Positions 28,301-36,760 of a stretch of DNA of 64,000 nt are shown here, in pieces. The stretch lies in IMG/VR virus record IMGVR_UViG_3300043470_000815. One strand, given 5' to 3'. The first letter of the stretch is position 1. Each line of letters opens with the position of its first letter. The translations under genes were made by a program, and so were the position numbers. The stretch is from a virus. The notes under the pieces are model-generated. The model was not told where the DNA came from and did no database searches. It saw only the letters and a program-made list of their open reading frames with translations.

Positions 28301-28537
28301 GGTTGGACAACGATCCGCACATTCCTTTAAAAAATTCGACGACATTTGAATTAATTCAGGTGTCATTTCGATTTTATTATGAACCAAGTCTCCACCCAAC
28401 ACAATTATCGTTTCATCATCTTTAACTGAATCTACAAATTTATAAAATCGTTTGAATACTTGTTCATATTCTGCATGTCGTTTGAATAATCGCAGATGTT
28501 GGTCACTACAAAGAATAATCTTATTTATTTGCATCAA
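25388..28537 (-). CDS. Fused Mre11/SbcD (gp47) nuclease - Rad50/SbcC (gp46) ATPase
   Basis: Nuclease motifs SDQH, GGDLVH, LGNHD, LFHG, LGDIH; then NFEGKS Walker A, coiled coil with CKFC hook, TSGMER signature, AIDEGFGVLD Walker B and IITH, all in one 1049 aa frame. Confidence 0.92.
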   Translation of the reverse strand: MMQINKIILCSDQHLRLFKRHAEYEQVFKRFYKFVDSVKDDETIIVLGGDLVHNKIEMTPELIQMSSNFLKECADRCPTILMLGNHDFSPNAQRLDALTPIVDSLNHPNLHFWKKSGIYRLGGIVWSNFSLWGSPDEWITADKIKAKTKIALFHGPVLSNSYNNQYLQEGGRTVNIGQFKGFDMVMLGDIHISNQLVQEYHVVDGEKYPLAKYPGSLICQSYGESPTNHGVLVFDVKNRTSEFVEIENDFCYYTLNIENDKFFIPKNLPKKVRLRVKYENSKLETVNEAMELFSKRYSIVELIKYKSTPINSTLTNPLQLGNSRNVDYQNQLLEEYLTGQSIDIDIINEIKSINVQYNKTFQSTNIFRNITWKPLVLEFSNMFSYGENNTFDFTDLNGSYSISAKNFEGKSAFLEILCFVIYDKSPRVSKAIHILNNTKNEFYCKFSFEFNGQQFFIERIGVKNQKNNTVRVDVNFWTLDENGELLSLNGDDRDQTNKVIREYLGTYDDFIITALSTQYDNQSFVDKTQRERKELLYKFLDISIYDDLYKLVKDTTKEQQALIRENERENLYDKSSYLNNQINENQVKVSDINSEIDICKDQIKTLNNQISSLNKQFNVLTNTIDIKNVELQIKNCKAELQGLANDLTNNKEQLNKYENEIKDRTDIDGFVYDKALDNRLADIKGEIAKCERKLFESNSLLETHNQKVSHLNSHEYDPNCKFCCNNEFVIDAKKSIELIPNIEVVIIELVDRLSNLKFERNELETKIADQKELEKQVQIYKNILTNIQLSQEKNKTIKYKGQTIQERVKHLEIERETYYTNEKIIIENAKIEADIKKLKTDLSVLEKQSDKLQTEYRSVFGLLSSQKSEYDIVQNKIQQYNLLIKNNRIYELYTQALGRDGIPYLILEKILPVIEFEVNQVLSQVVNFTVKLESTEEKYIHAFINYNDNQTWPVELTSGMERFILSLAFRTSLTEITSLPRPSFLAIDEGFGVLDTDNLLSMGKMFEFLKTRYNYLLIITHIESMKDLVEKRINVQKINGYSTIQIEEK

Positions 28538-28712
28538 TAAGTGCTTGATATTTTTGTTTTACTTGATTAATTTCTTGTTCCATACGGTCGTCAAAACTTT
28601 TAGTTAGGACGGGATCGTTAATTACAAAACTAAACCAATACGCTTCTTCAATATTGGCAATTTCATCGTTCATTTTTAGTTTATAATACAGTCTCTTTAA
28701 TCTTTTTATCAT
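28521..28712 (-). CDS. Small hypothetical protein (paralogue of the next gene)
   Basis: MIKRLKRLYYKLKMNDEI...EINQVKQKY. Confidence 0.55.
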   Translation of the reverse strand: MIKRLKRLYYKLKMNDEIANIEEAYWFSFVINDPVLTKSFDDRMEQEINQVKQKYQALIDANK

Positions 28713-28881
28713 TGTATTTTTTCTTTATGGCTTCTATTTCTTCGTCTTGCATTAATATTAAAGACATTAGTTCACTAAAGTCGTTCATATATGTAGCCGC
28801 AAACGTATATTTTCGTTTCATTTCTTTAATTTCGGAACGCATTTGATAATCTAAATACCAATTTTTTATTTTTTTAATCAT
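28681..28881 (-). CDS. Small hypothetical protein (paralogue of the previous gene)
   Basis: MIKKIKNWYLDYQMRSEI...EIEAIKKKY. Confidence 0.55.
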   Translation of the reverse strand: MIKKIKNWYLDYQMRSEIKEMKRKYTFAATYMNDFSELMSLILMQDEEIEAIKKKYNDKKIKETVL

Positions 28882-28889
28882 TTTATAAT

Positions 28890-29804
28890 TTAACTAAATT
28901 TATTAAATAATTTGTGTTTAAATGTGTCGTTTGTTGCAAGTGGTTTTGAACTTTCAATATATTCCCAAACCTTTTTAAATCCTAACGAGGTTGGGTCTTG
29001 GTCGGTTGGCAATTTTACGTGATAAACAGTTTTACCATTTTGTATGAAATATTCCGCTAAATTAAATATATCATTTTCAGCATCACCATCCAAACAGATA
29101 AAAATATTTCGTAATGGACTTTCAACAATTTGTTGTTTTAATCTATTGCTTGGTGTTTTACCATACAAAGGAATAGCGTTCCTACGAATGATAATAGCAT
29201 CAATTTTTGATTCACATAACACAATGTCTTCATCCCAATTTATCAACCAATCATCACCTATAATATTTTTATCGGTTTTTGGAAGAAGGTGCTGTAATTT
29301 TTTTGAAGGCTCATATGCACGTCCGTAATAAAAATTCAATTTACCATCACGGTCATAATTTGGAAAATAAATGTAGCCATTTTCCGAATATCCAATTTTA
29401 TGTTTAATGATGTCCTTAATTGTAATACCACGCGATATTGTGTATTTTAAGGCTTTTTTGTAGATTATACTGTCTTTATTTGGCTTGGATAACTGTTTGA
29501 AATTGGTTGGTAATTTTAACTCTACTACTGGTTCAGGTTCAATTATAGGATTTTCATTTTCTTTCCATAATTCCTTTGCCAATAGTTGCTTGGATTTTTC
29601 TACATTTAATCTAAAAAATAAAGCCCCGATGGTGGGGCCTTTCACGTTTGTACATACCCAACACTTCCAATTTCCATTATTTAATGAAATGCCTAATTTC
29701 GGGCCGTTTTTGCCTTGGTGGAATGGACAATTGAATTGGTAATAGTCACGATTTTTTTTGAATCCTTTACCTAATACAGTTTCTAGTAAATGTAATTTAT
29801 TCAT
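28890..29804 (-). CDS. DNA primase (DnaG/gp61-like)
   Basis: CPFH...CWVC zinc finger, YFPNYD...FYYGR, LCESKIDA, CLDGDA TOPRIM DxD. Confidence 0.9.
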   Translation of the reverse strand: MNKLHLLETVLGKGFKKNRDYYQFNCPFHQGKNGPKLGISLNNGNWKCWVCTNVKGPTIGALFFRLNVEKSKQLLAKELWKENENPIIEPEPVVELKLPTNFKQLSKPNKDSIIYKKALKYTISRGITIKDIIKHKIGYSENGYIYFPNYDRDGKLNFYYGRAYEPSKKLQHLLPKTDKNIIGDDWLINWDEDIVLCESKIDAIIIRRNAIPLYGKTPSNRLKQQIVESPLRNIFICLDGDAENDIFNLAEYFIQNGKTVYHVKLPTDQDPTSLGFKKVWEYIESSKPLATNDTFKHKLFNKFS

Positions 29805-29808
29805 ATTG

Positions 29809-29839
29809 ACAATATAGGTACATTTTACTAGATTATCAA
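29809..29839 (-). promoter_or_regulatory. Bacteroidota-type promoter (variant -7) for the primase operon
   Basis: TTGA (29839-29836), 19 nt spacer, TATATTGT (29816-29809). Confidence 0.55.
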
Positions 29840-29881
29840 ATGATTAACTATTTGTTAACATTAAATTTTAAATCTCAAATT

Positions 29882-30307
29882 TCATACAATGTCACTTACT
29901 TTTTTATTAGACCACATTTTACATGACCAGTAGCCGGGCGTGGTTTTATCTTTTTTCTGATCGCACTTATGTCGGGATCGGAAATTTGCTTTATTTTTAG
30001 GATTGTCCCGTTTTATTTCCATGTTTTTATCACCAAAATTAACTTTAATAACGTTTTGGGTGGAAGGGTCTTTAACATAGACTTTATACTTTTTCACATC
30101 ACCTTGCATTGGTTTACTTAATTTAACAGTACGACCATTATATTCAGATTCGGTTACAACTGAATTTCGTTCACGTAAAATATATTCCATCATTTTTTTG
30201 ACAGAACTTGGAGAATTTAGTGTAATTTCCTTTACACAATTCGGCACTTTACGACCGTTTTTCTTTTTCATTCCGTATTGTTTATATCCAACCCAACATG
30301 GTTTCAT
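29882..30307 (-). CDS. Basic Cys-containing putative head protein
   Basis: PCWVGYKQYGMKKKNGRKVPNCV module plus YKVYVKDP...NFGD...FRSRHKC...GYWSC module, both recurrent in large T4-like phages. Confidence 0.55.
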   Translation of the reverse strand: MKPCWVGYKQYGMKKKNGRKVPNCVKEITLNSPSSVKKMMEYILRERNSVVTESEYNGRTVKLSKPMQGDVKKYKVYVKDPSTQNVIKVNFGDKNMEIKRDNPKNKANFRSRHKCDQKKDKTTPGYWSCKMWSNKKVSDIV

Positions 30308-30334
30308 AATTTTGTAATTTTACCCTTATTAACT

Positions 30335-30739
30335 TTACATATTAGCAATTTTTCTATCCATTTCATCTGCCGCAATTAACGCCATACGTTCAATGTCATC
30401 TACCTTCAATTTCATCTGTTCCGCACCAGTCTGCCAATATTTACGAAAATCATTGTTGTTTTTATTTACAAGTGATCTTGCTTTATTCTGTAACCCTGTC
30501 ATATAACTAAAAAATTCTTCTTTATTGGATAATCTATATTTTGCCAAAAATTCTTTTGCTATTGTTGCATTTTGATTTATATAATCAAAGGCTTTTATTT
30601 GAACCATTTTTCTATTAGACATACTTCCAGCAATTGAAAATAAGTTTTGTATCATATCATCAACTGATTTAGTTGGTTTTATATCACCAAAATCCAATAT
30701 ATTATTATTTAATTCATTTAAAATTCGTCGTAATTTCAT
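30335..30739 (-). CDS. Putative head cargo protein (MKLRRILNE leader)
   Basis: Shared leader. Confidence 0.5.
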   Translation of the reverse strand: MKLRRILNELNNNILDFGDIKPTKSVDDMIQNLFSIAGSMSNRKMVQIKAFDYINQNATIAKEFLAKYRLSNKEEFFSYMTGLQNKARSLVNKNNNDFRKYWQTGAEQMKLKVDDIERMALIAADEMDRKIANM

Positions 30740-31175
30740 TTTTAATTTTACCCTTATAAAATTTTGTATTTGCTATGTGTTTGTTGTAAGAATCTACAAA
30801 TAAAACATCGAATTTTATCTGAAAATACATTTCGTAAAAACTGACATCCGTTTTATTATCCAAAAATAACAAAATTTCACGTGAAAAGTTTTCTTGCCCC
30901 AACAATTTTATATCGGCTTTCAAATCGTCACTGCTACCCCAATACGTTTTCCAATCCGTTTCTTTAACGGATCGTTTAAAAGTTTTACGTTTGTTTTCGG
31001 GTAGAAGTTTTTCTTTTTTTGTTAGCCGAACTTTACGGTTGCTGGATAACATTTTACGCCCGATGTAAATTTTATTATACTGCTCTAAATCTTTATTAGT
31101 GCAAGTAATTTTGTAAATATACCCAATGGCGGTTTCAGGTATTTCAAAATCTTGGTTATTTTGGTATGTCCACAT
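30714..31175 (-). CDS. GIY-YIG nuclease (T4 endonuclease II/Seg-like)
   Basis: GYIYKIT...KIYIGRK...WKTYWGSS...FSREIL. Confidence 0.8.
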   Translation of the reverse strand: MWTYQNNQDFEIPETAIGYIYKITCTNKDLEQYNKIYIGRKMLSSNRKVRLTKKEKLLPENKRKTFKRSVKETDWKTYWGSSDDLKADIKLLGQENFSREILLFLDNKTDVSFYEMYFQIKFDVLFVDSYNKHIANTKFYKGKIKNEITTNFK

Positions 31176-31684
31176 TATTTAATAGAAATATTTGGTTCAA
31201 ATTTAGAAACTACTCCACCCGACACAGTATAATTTACACGTGATCCGTACTTTCTTGCAAATTTATCAATATATGCTCGGTATAATTTATCACGTTTATT
31301 TACAGTTTCATCACCTTTTTCTTCACTACTTTCGGATTTAGGGTTAAATTTTATATAAACTAATTCAATTTCGCCAAATTTATCTTTATATCTTTTTAAC
31401 CATTCTTCCAAACACCCAACCACGTATGACATAGTTTTAATGGCTTGACCTCTGTTTGTCATTACAGCATCTTTATCATTATTTGCAAAAAAATCTACGA
31501 CAATTGCTACACGTTTACCACTGTCCATTGCGATTTCGTTATATGCAAATTTAATAAATATTTTGTATTTGTCTCCAAGAAAGTTAAAACTAACCGTTCC
31601 TTCGTATTTATCCATTTTAAACGAAGCGGCTGGTGGGATAGCAGAACTATCACCAATTTCTAATAATATATTTCTTAATTTCAT
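31175..31684 (-). CDS. Putative head cargo protein (MKLRNILLE leader)
   Basis: Shared leader; alpha/beta domain of unknown function. Confidence 0.5.
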   Translation of the reverse strand: MKLRNILLEIGDSSAIPPAASFKMDKYEGTVSFNFLGDKYKIFIKFAYNEIAMDSGKRVAIVVDFFANNDKDAVMTNRGQAIKTMSYVVGCLEEWLKRYKDKFGEIELVYIKFNPKSESSEEKGDETVNKRDKLYRAYIDKFARKYGSRVNYTVSGGVVSKFEPNISIK

Positions 31685-32109
31685 TATTTTCCACTAAGTT
31701 GTTTTTGAACTGTATGAAATGCCTTTATAGCATCTTCCATTTTCAAATGTATTCGGATAACGTCAATAGGTGCATTTTTATCTAAATATTCCTGTGCTTC
31801 TTTTCGGTGATGTCCGTCAACGATATGATTGTCCGATGAAATGAAAACTGGAGTAAGTTTTTTACCATTTTCCTGTACATCTTTCGCAATACCTTTAACC
31901 TTTTCGGGATAAACTTCATGCTGCGATTTATGCAGTTTGGTTGGTAATATTTTTTCTTTAGTAACTTTTATATCCAAATCTTTTAACGCTTGAACTGCAT
32001 CATTAAATTGTGTACCTTTTATTTGCGGCATATCTTCACGGTTGAACAGTTCTTCACTTAAAATTTTTATATAAATGCGTTTTATTCTATTTTCTAATAA
32101 CTTGTTCAT
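31684..32109 (-). CDS. ParB/Sulfiredoxin-like domain protein (LLENRIKRIYIKILSE leader)
   Basis: PVFISSDNHIVDGHHR ParB-N motif. Confidence 0.75.
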   Translation of the reverse strand: MNKLLENRIKRIYIKILSEELFNREDMPQIKGTQFNDAVQALKDLDIKVTKEKILPTKLHKSQHEVYPEKVKGIAKDVQENGKKLTPVFISSDNHIVDGHHRKEAQEYLDKNAPIDVIRIHLKMEDAIKAFHTVQKQLSGK

Positions 32110-32118
32110 TTTACTTTA

Positions 32119-33717
32119 CTAAAACTGTATTTTTGTTAATATATTTAAATCAACATCATCGCGTAATTGGATTGGTTGGTTCATCTTTGCGACTGCCAAC
32201 AAATTCTTATCATCATCGTAAAATCCAATCGTGGTGAAAAATGGTAATAATGTTCCATCCACCATTTCGGGAATTAATAAATCTGTTTTATAGTTTTGTA
32301 ATGCAGTTTTATTCTGTGATAAATTGAATTGGGACTTTTTTATTCGCACCAATAATTCACGCTGATAAATTGTGTGTGTTCCACGATACTTACATGTCCA
32401 ATTAGTATTATTGAATATATTTAAATATTTAGGATCAAAACTACTAATAACTATATTTCCACGACGATAAAAGACATTACCAACGATCCCTGTTTGATAC
32501 GGTGATTGGTTGGAATTATTTGCCAATGTAATAATAGTATTTTGCGAATAAGCAGTATTATAAAATCTTATTTCATCTAAATTACCATCAAACAAACCAA
32601 ATTGTAAAGAATGTTTATTATAAGCACCATTTAATATTTTTGAACCACTTGATATTGCAACCGAATCCTGATATAATTTAAACATCGAACCCGATTTGGT
32701 TAATCCAATATGATGCCAATTTGAATCAGAAATATTTGTACCTGTTAGTCCTATTTCATTAGTTCCATCCGACCTAGTAAATTTAACCGAACCACTAATA
32801 ATATCAAATTTATATGGATAAACATTGGTTGTTTCGGATACAAATGATCGCGTAACGCTTAATGTATTTACAATTAAATCGTTTTGATATTGATTATTAT
32901 TTCCATATTCCATTTTTTCTATAATATTATTTTTATTTAATATCGTAGAATATGAACTGCTATTATTAGACTTTAACCAAAATGAAATTGTGAAATCTTC
33001 GTCGTCTGTAAAATTAAATTCATCTTTATGTTCCGTTAAAATATACGAATCAGTTGTAAATTTGGCAGACATTCCCGATGGAATATTGTTTATTGTTAAT
33101 CCAGTTTCAAAATTAACATTTTTAACATACGACGGACGATCTACCGAAAACATGCTGGATTGGTAGTTAACGCGGCCATTTTCAATTTTACCGTCACGAA
33201 ATCGAAAGTTTTTAAATGTGTCGTTGAATCCCCAATACGAAATTAAATCTTGCTTTTTTGTAAATGATCCAGTTTCGATTTGTTGGTCATATAAATTACC
33301 GTTTTGGTCGTCTGTTAATAAAAAAACGGATTGGGTAAATTCAACCGACCCCGGCTTTATACTTTCACCATAATCCAAATATGGTAACGATAAAATCGAC
33401 GCACTGTAATTTAAATTTTTATAAGTGTAACGGGAATTGTTATGCTCAAATGAATCATTGAACCTATAATATTGTGTGTCAATGCTATTCCAAATGATGT
33501 GCTGATACGAACCATCAAAACTGTTGGTAGGATCATTAGCGGCTTTTTGTGAACCTATGGGGGTTGGTTTATTGGAATGTACAGCGTTCCAAATTATATA
33601 GCCCGATGATGTATCTGTTAATGTTGCCCCACTTAATCCATACCGCTTATGTACACGAAACGTTGTTAGTGTAGAATCTTGAGGCAGCATTGGGTGTAAT
33701 ATTCGGGGGATCGCCAT
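32119..33717 (-). CDS. LamG/concanavalin-domain virion protein with a tail-collar-like C-terminus
   Basis: FTISFWLK, WHHIGLT, YQDSV, DEIRFYN LamG motifs; ends TTIGFYDDDKNLLAVAKMNQP. Confidence 0.75.
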   Translation of the reverse strand: MAIPRILHPMLPQDSTLTTFRVHKRYGLSGATLTDTSSGYIIWNAVHSNKPTPIGSQKAANDPTNSFDGSYQHIIWNSIDTQYYRFNDSFEHNNSRYTYKNLNYSASILSLPYLDYGESIKPGSVEFTQSVFLLTDDQNGNLYDQQIETGSFTKKQDLISYWGFNDTFKNFRFRDGKIENGRVNYQSSMFSVDRPSYVKNVNFETGLTINNIPSGMSAKFTTDSYILTEHKDEFNFTDDEDFTISFWLKSNNSSSYSTILNKNNIIEKMEYGNNNQYQNDLIVNTLSVTRSFVSETTNVYPYKFDIISGSVKFTRSDGTNEIGLTGTNISDSNWHHIGLTKSGSMFKLYQDSVAISSGSKILNGAYNKHSLQFGLFDGNLDEIRFYNTAYSQNTIITLANNSNQSPYQTGIVGNVFYRRGNIVISSFDPKYLNIFNNTNWTCKYRGTHTIYQRELLVRIKKSQFNLSQNKTALQNYKTDLLIPEMVDGTLLPFFTTIGFYDDDKNLLAVAKMNQPIQLRDDVDLNILTKIQF

Positions 33718-33718
33718 T

Positions 33719-34951
33719 TTATTTTAAACTTAATTTTTCTAATTTTTCCAAATCAGCATCTACCGACTGACCTTGCTGTTTTATTTTTGACGTGAAAGAT
33801 GTGATATAATTTTTTACTTTATTCCACAAATTAGACAACATTCCTTCATTCAATTTACTTTCAGAATTTAACTTTTGGGTCGCAATAGATGATGAAACTT
33901 TTTTTATTGTTGTGTTTGCCGTCAATAATTCATCTGCTATTTTTTTTATTTTACCATTTACTTTACCGTACAATAATTCAAAAATTTCTTTATATTTCGG
34001 ACTTTTTGCTTCGTAACCTTTTTTCTTTATAGTCACCAACACGTTTTTAGTTCTTAAAACACGTTCTTTATTTTCATCAATAGCGTCAATCATAGCGGTA
34101 AATTTTTCATCCAATGGTTTAAATTGCTTGGTAAGTGCTGCCATTTCCGCTGCCATCCTATCCATTTTCTCTGCCAAATCTGCCATTTTTTCCAATTCCG
34201 CAACTAAGGTTGGGTCGGTAATGTCTAATTCAGAAATTAAAGATTCGGAAATTTTATAATTTTTATTTAAAAAATCCAAAACTTCTTTTACATCAGTGCA
34301 TTCTTGAAAACCTTTTGTAGATTTTACAGCATAATCTTTTGTGGTATTATTTGCAACTTTTTGTTTTTTATAATAAACTGGACGATGGATAACTATTGCA
34401 ATTTCTTTTCCATTTTTTTTAATGGATGCTTTACCATTAACAAACTTTAAATCGGTTTCGGTATATTGTTCATTGATGGTCAATTCGTTATAAATCCTAC
34501 GAACTAAATTTTCCAATTTAATTTCACGTTCCTTTCCCAAATCCATTTCTTTAGGTTTGTCGTGTTTGACACGTGGAACTTCTTGATTTTTTATTGGATT
34601 TGTTTTTTTAGGTTTAGGCATTTTGTCACCCAAATCATATCCTTTGATAATGGCAGTTGTTATGGCAATTTCTTCCGAATCAAATGGTGAAATATTTAAT
34701 GGTGTTTTTTCATCGCCGTCAACCGTACACGCATAAATATTATATTTATCTTTATCTTTTTTAATTTTTACTTTTAATGCCATTTCGTTTAGATTTTTAT
34801 ATAATTTAGGAATACGGATTTTTAAAATAGAACGACCATTGACACATGGATTCCCATATTCGTCAAATGATATTTCATTAACGGTAATTTTTTTATTTTT
34901 GAACCGACCAGCCAGTATAATATCACCAATTTCTAAAGGAATGTTTATCAT
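33719..34951 (-). CDS. Putative multidomain head cargo polyprotein
   Basis: Domains separated by LNE, LENLVRRIYNELTINE, LISE and KLNE sites. Confidence 0.5.
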   Translation of the reverse strand: MINIPLEIGDIILAGRFKNKKITVNEISFDEYGNPCVNGRSILKIRIPKLYKNLNEMALKVKIKKDKDKYNIYACTVDGDEKTPLNISPFDSEEIAITTAIIKGYDLGDKMPKPKKTNPIKNQEVPRVKHDKPKEMDLGKEREIKLENLVRRIYNELTINEQYTETDLKFVNGKASIKKNGKEIAIVIHRPVYYKKQKVANNTTKDYAVKSTKGFQECTDVKEVLDFLNKNYKISESLISELDITDPTLVAELEKMADLAEKMDRMAAEMAALTKQFKPLDEKFTAMIDAIDENKERVLRTKNVLVTIKKKGYEAKSPKYKEIFELLYGKVNGKIKKIADELLTANTTIKKVSSSIATQKLNSESKLNEGMLSNLWNKVKNYITSFTSKIKQQGQSVDADLEKLEKLSLK

Positions 34952-35280
34952 TTTATTTTATCCAATAAATCGTTATTAAAAAAGATCGCCACTCGTTTAT
35001 AACCATTAGGCTGAATTTTTATTAATTTATATTTATTTGCAAATTGTTCAAGTTTATCATATTCAGATGATTCGCTTACTTGAGTATTTAAAAGAATATT
35101 GAAATAATTATATCCACGTTGTTTTTTCAAACCAGTTGAATCATCAATTTCTAAATCAAGTCCTGTTTGCTGTTTTATATATGATATTACATTATTGATT
35201 ATTTGTTGTGACTTTGTACTAATTTTTTCTTCATTTAGTACCCGCCTAACGATTTCTTGTAAGGATTTATTTTTAATCAT
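34948..35280 (-). CDS. Putative head cargo protein (SLQEIVRRVLNEE leader)
   Basis: Shared leader. Confidence 0.5.
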   Translation of the reverse strand: MIKNKSLQEIVRRVLNEEKISTKSQQIINNVISYIKQQTGLDLEIDDSTGLKKQRGYNYFNILLNTQVSESSEYDKLEQFANKYKLIKIQPNGYKRVAIFFNNDLLDKIK

Positions 35281-35281
35281 T

Positions 35282-36730
35282 TTATTTCCATTTTAAATTA
35301 ACCTCATATAAGGCTTCGGTTGTATAGTTTTTTACTTTGGGGTAGTTTATCTTACCAACCCCCATAAGTTCATAAGCATCATTGTATAAGCCTACTGTGG
35401 TGGGAAATGTTTGTGGATTTCCATTTGCCATATCGGGAATTAAGTATCCTTCCGACCCTGACCAAAATGTAGAATTATTACTGAAATTATAATCAAAGTT
35501 TTTCACACGAATTATAAATGTATTTTGATGTTCGTAGCCGACTTTACGACTTTTGAATCCTAATATATCACCACTTCCATCCGTAAATTGTGCTGCACCC
35601 GACATTGCCGTAAATAATTTCATTTCATTTTGACCGTTAATATCACTACCTGTCACGGTTAAAAACGACGCATTTAAATCCAAAGCATCGGCATCTAAAA
35701 TATAAACACCTAATTTTGGATAAAATAAACCGTAATAAAATGGACTATTATCTTCTAAAAAAATACCATCTTCTAAAGAACCTGAAACTAAATAATTACC
35801 ATAATCAACAATTCGTAATATTTGACCAGTTGTACCTAATTTAACATTTGATCCAGTATGTGTTTGATTAACGCCCCATTGTGAACCTGATAAATTATGA
35901 ATATTTATTTCATTTAATCGGTCATCTAAAGTATCACCCATCCTATCCCGTCTAACATTTACAGCATAAAAATGAGTTATTTGTTTATTTGGTAATAGTA
36001 ACTCACCACAAAGTCCTTTATATTGTCCATAAATTGCATTTGATAAAGTGAATGTATCAGAACCATATTCATCACGTGTTCCGCCGCCTGTGTTATTTCC
36101 ATAGGCAATATCAAACATTCTTGATGATGAACAATCTGTTATTTTTTTATTATAAATTTGGTAATAAGTTGATCCCGTAAAATATGTTGTTAGATTTCCA
36201 GTATTACCCCAAATTCCATACGTTGATCGGACTTTTCGTATTGGTAAAATTTCATCTGATTCAAATTTGGTATATATTTTACCTGACCCTAAATCAACGG
36301 GAACAATAACAGGTGGAACAACGGGTGGTGGATTTACTGGAGTGGTTGGTGTAATTATTACGGGCGGCACAACAATAACAGGTGGAACTACAACGGGTGC
36401 TAATTGCTTAAATTGTAATACTAAATCGTCATACGAATTATCCTGAATTAAATCTTCACTTTCAATTTCAAAAATAAAATAACCATTTTCTTGGCGGGTT
36501 GGTGTTTTCCTTAAAGTAGAATTTAACCATTGACCGTTTAGATCGTAATCTTCATTTGCTTGAATATTTATCAGCCATGTATTACCCGTAACTGTTTTTA
36601 TATTACCGACAAATCCATCAAATGTCCCATTACCGCTTATTGCATTCGATACAATAAACCGTTGCGGTAAAGCACTTGGATTTTTGATAATGACCGATAT
36701 TGTCCAGTCACCTTGGATTGTTAATGGCAT
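35282..36730 (-). CDS. Virion protein, paralogue of 36761..38233, with an extra N-terminal domain and Pro/Val linker
   Basis: Shares LGSG(K/R)IYTKFE, YGQYK.LC, SFLTVTGS, GSEG, VGLYND with its neighbour. Confidence 0.7.
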   Translation of the reverse strand: MPLTIQGDWTISVIIKNPSALPQRFIVSNAISGNGTFDGFVGNIKTVTGNTWLINIQANEDYDLNGQWLNSTLRKTPTRQENGYFIFEIESEDLIQDNSYDDLVLQFKQLAPVVVPPVIVVPPVIITPTTPVNPPPVVPPVIVPVDLGSGKIYTKFESDEILPIRKVRSTYGIWGNTGNLTTYFTGSTYYQIYNKKITDCSSSRMFDIAYGNNTGGGTRDEYGSDTFTLSNAIYGQYKGLCGELLLPNKQITHFYAVNVRRDRMGDTLDDRLNEINIHNLSGSQWGVNQTHTGSNVKLGTTGQILRIVDYGNYLVSGSLEDGIFLEDNSPFYYGLFYPKLGVYILDADALDLNASFLTVTGSDINGQNEMKLFTAMSGAAQFTDGSGDILGFKSRKVGYEHQNTFIIRVKNFDYNFSNNSTFWSGSEGYLIPDMANGNPQTFPTTVGLYNDAYELMGVGKINYPKVKNYTTEALYEVNLKWK

Positions 36731-36760
36731 ATATTTTATAATTTATTGATTATCAATGAG

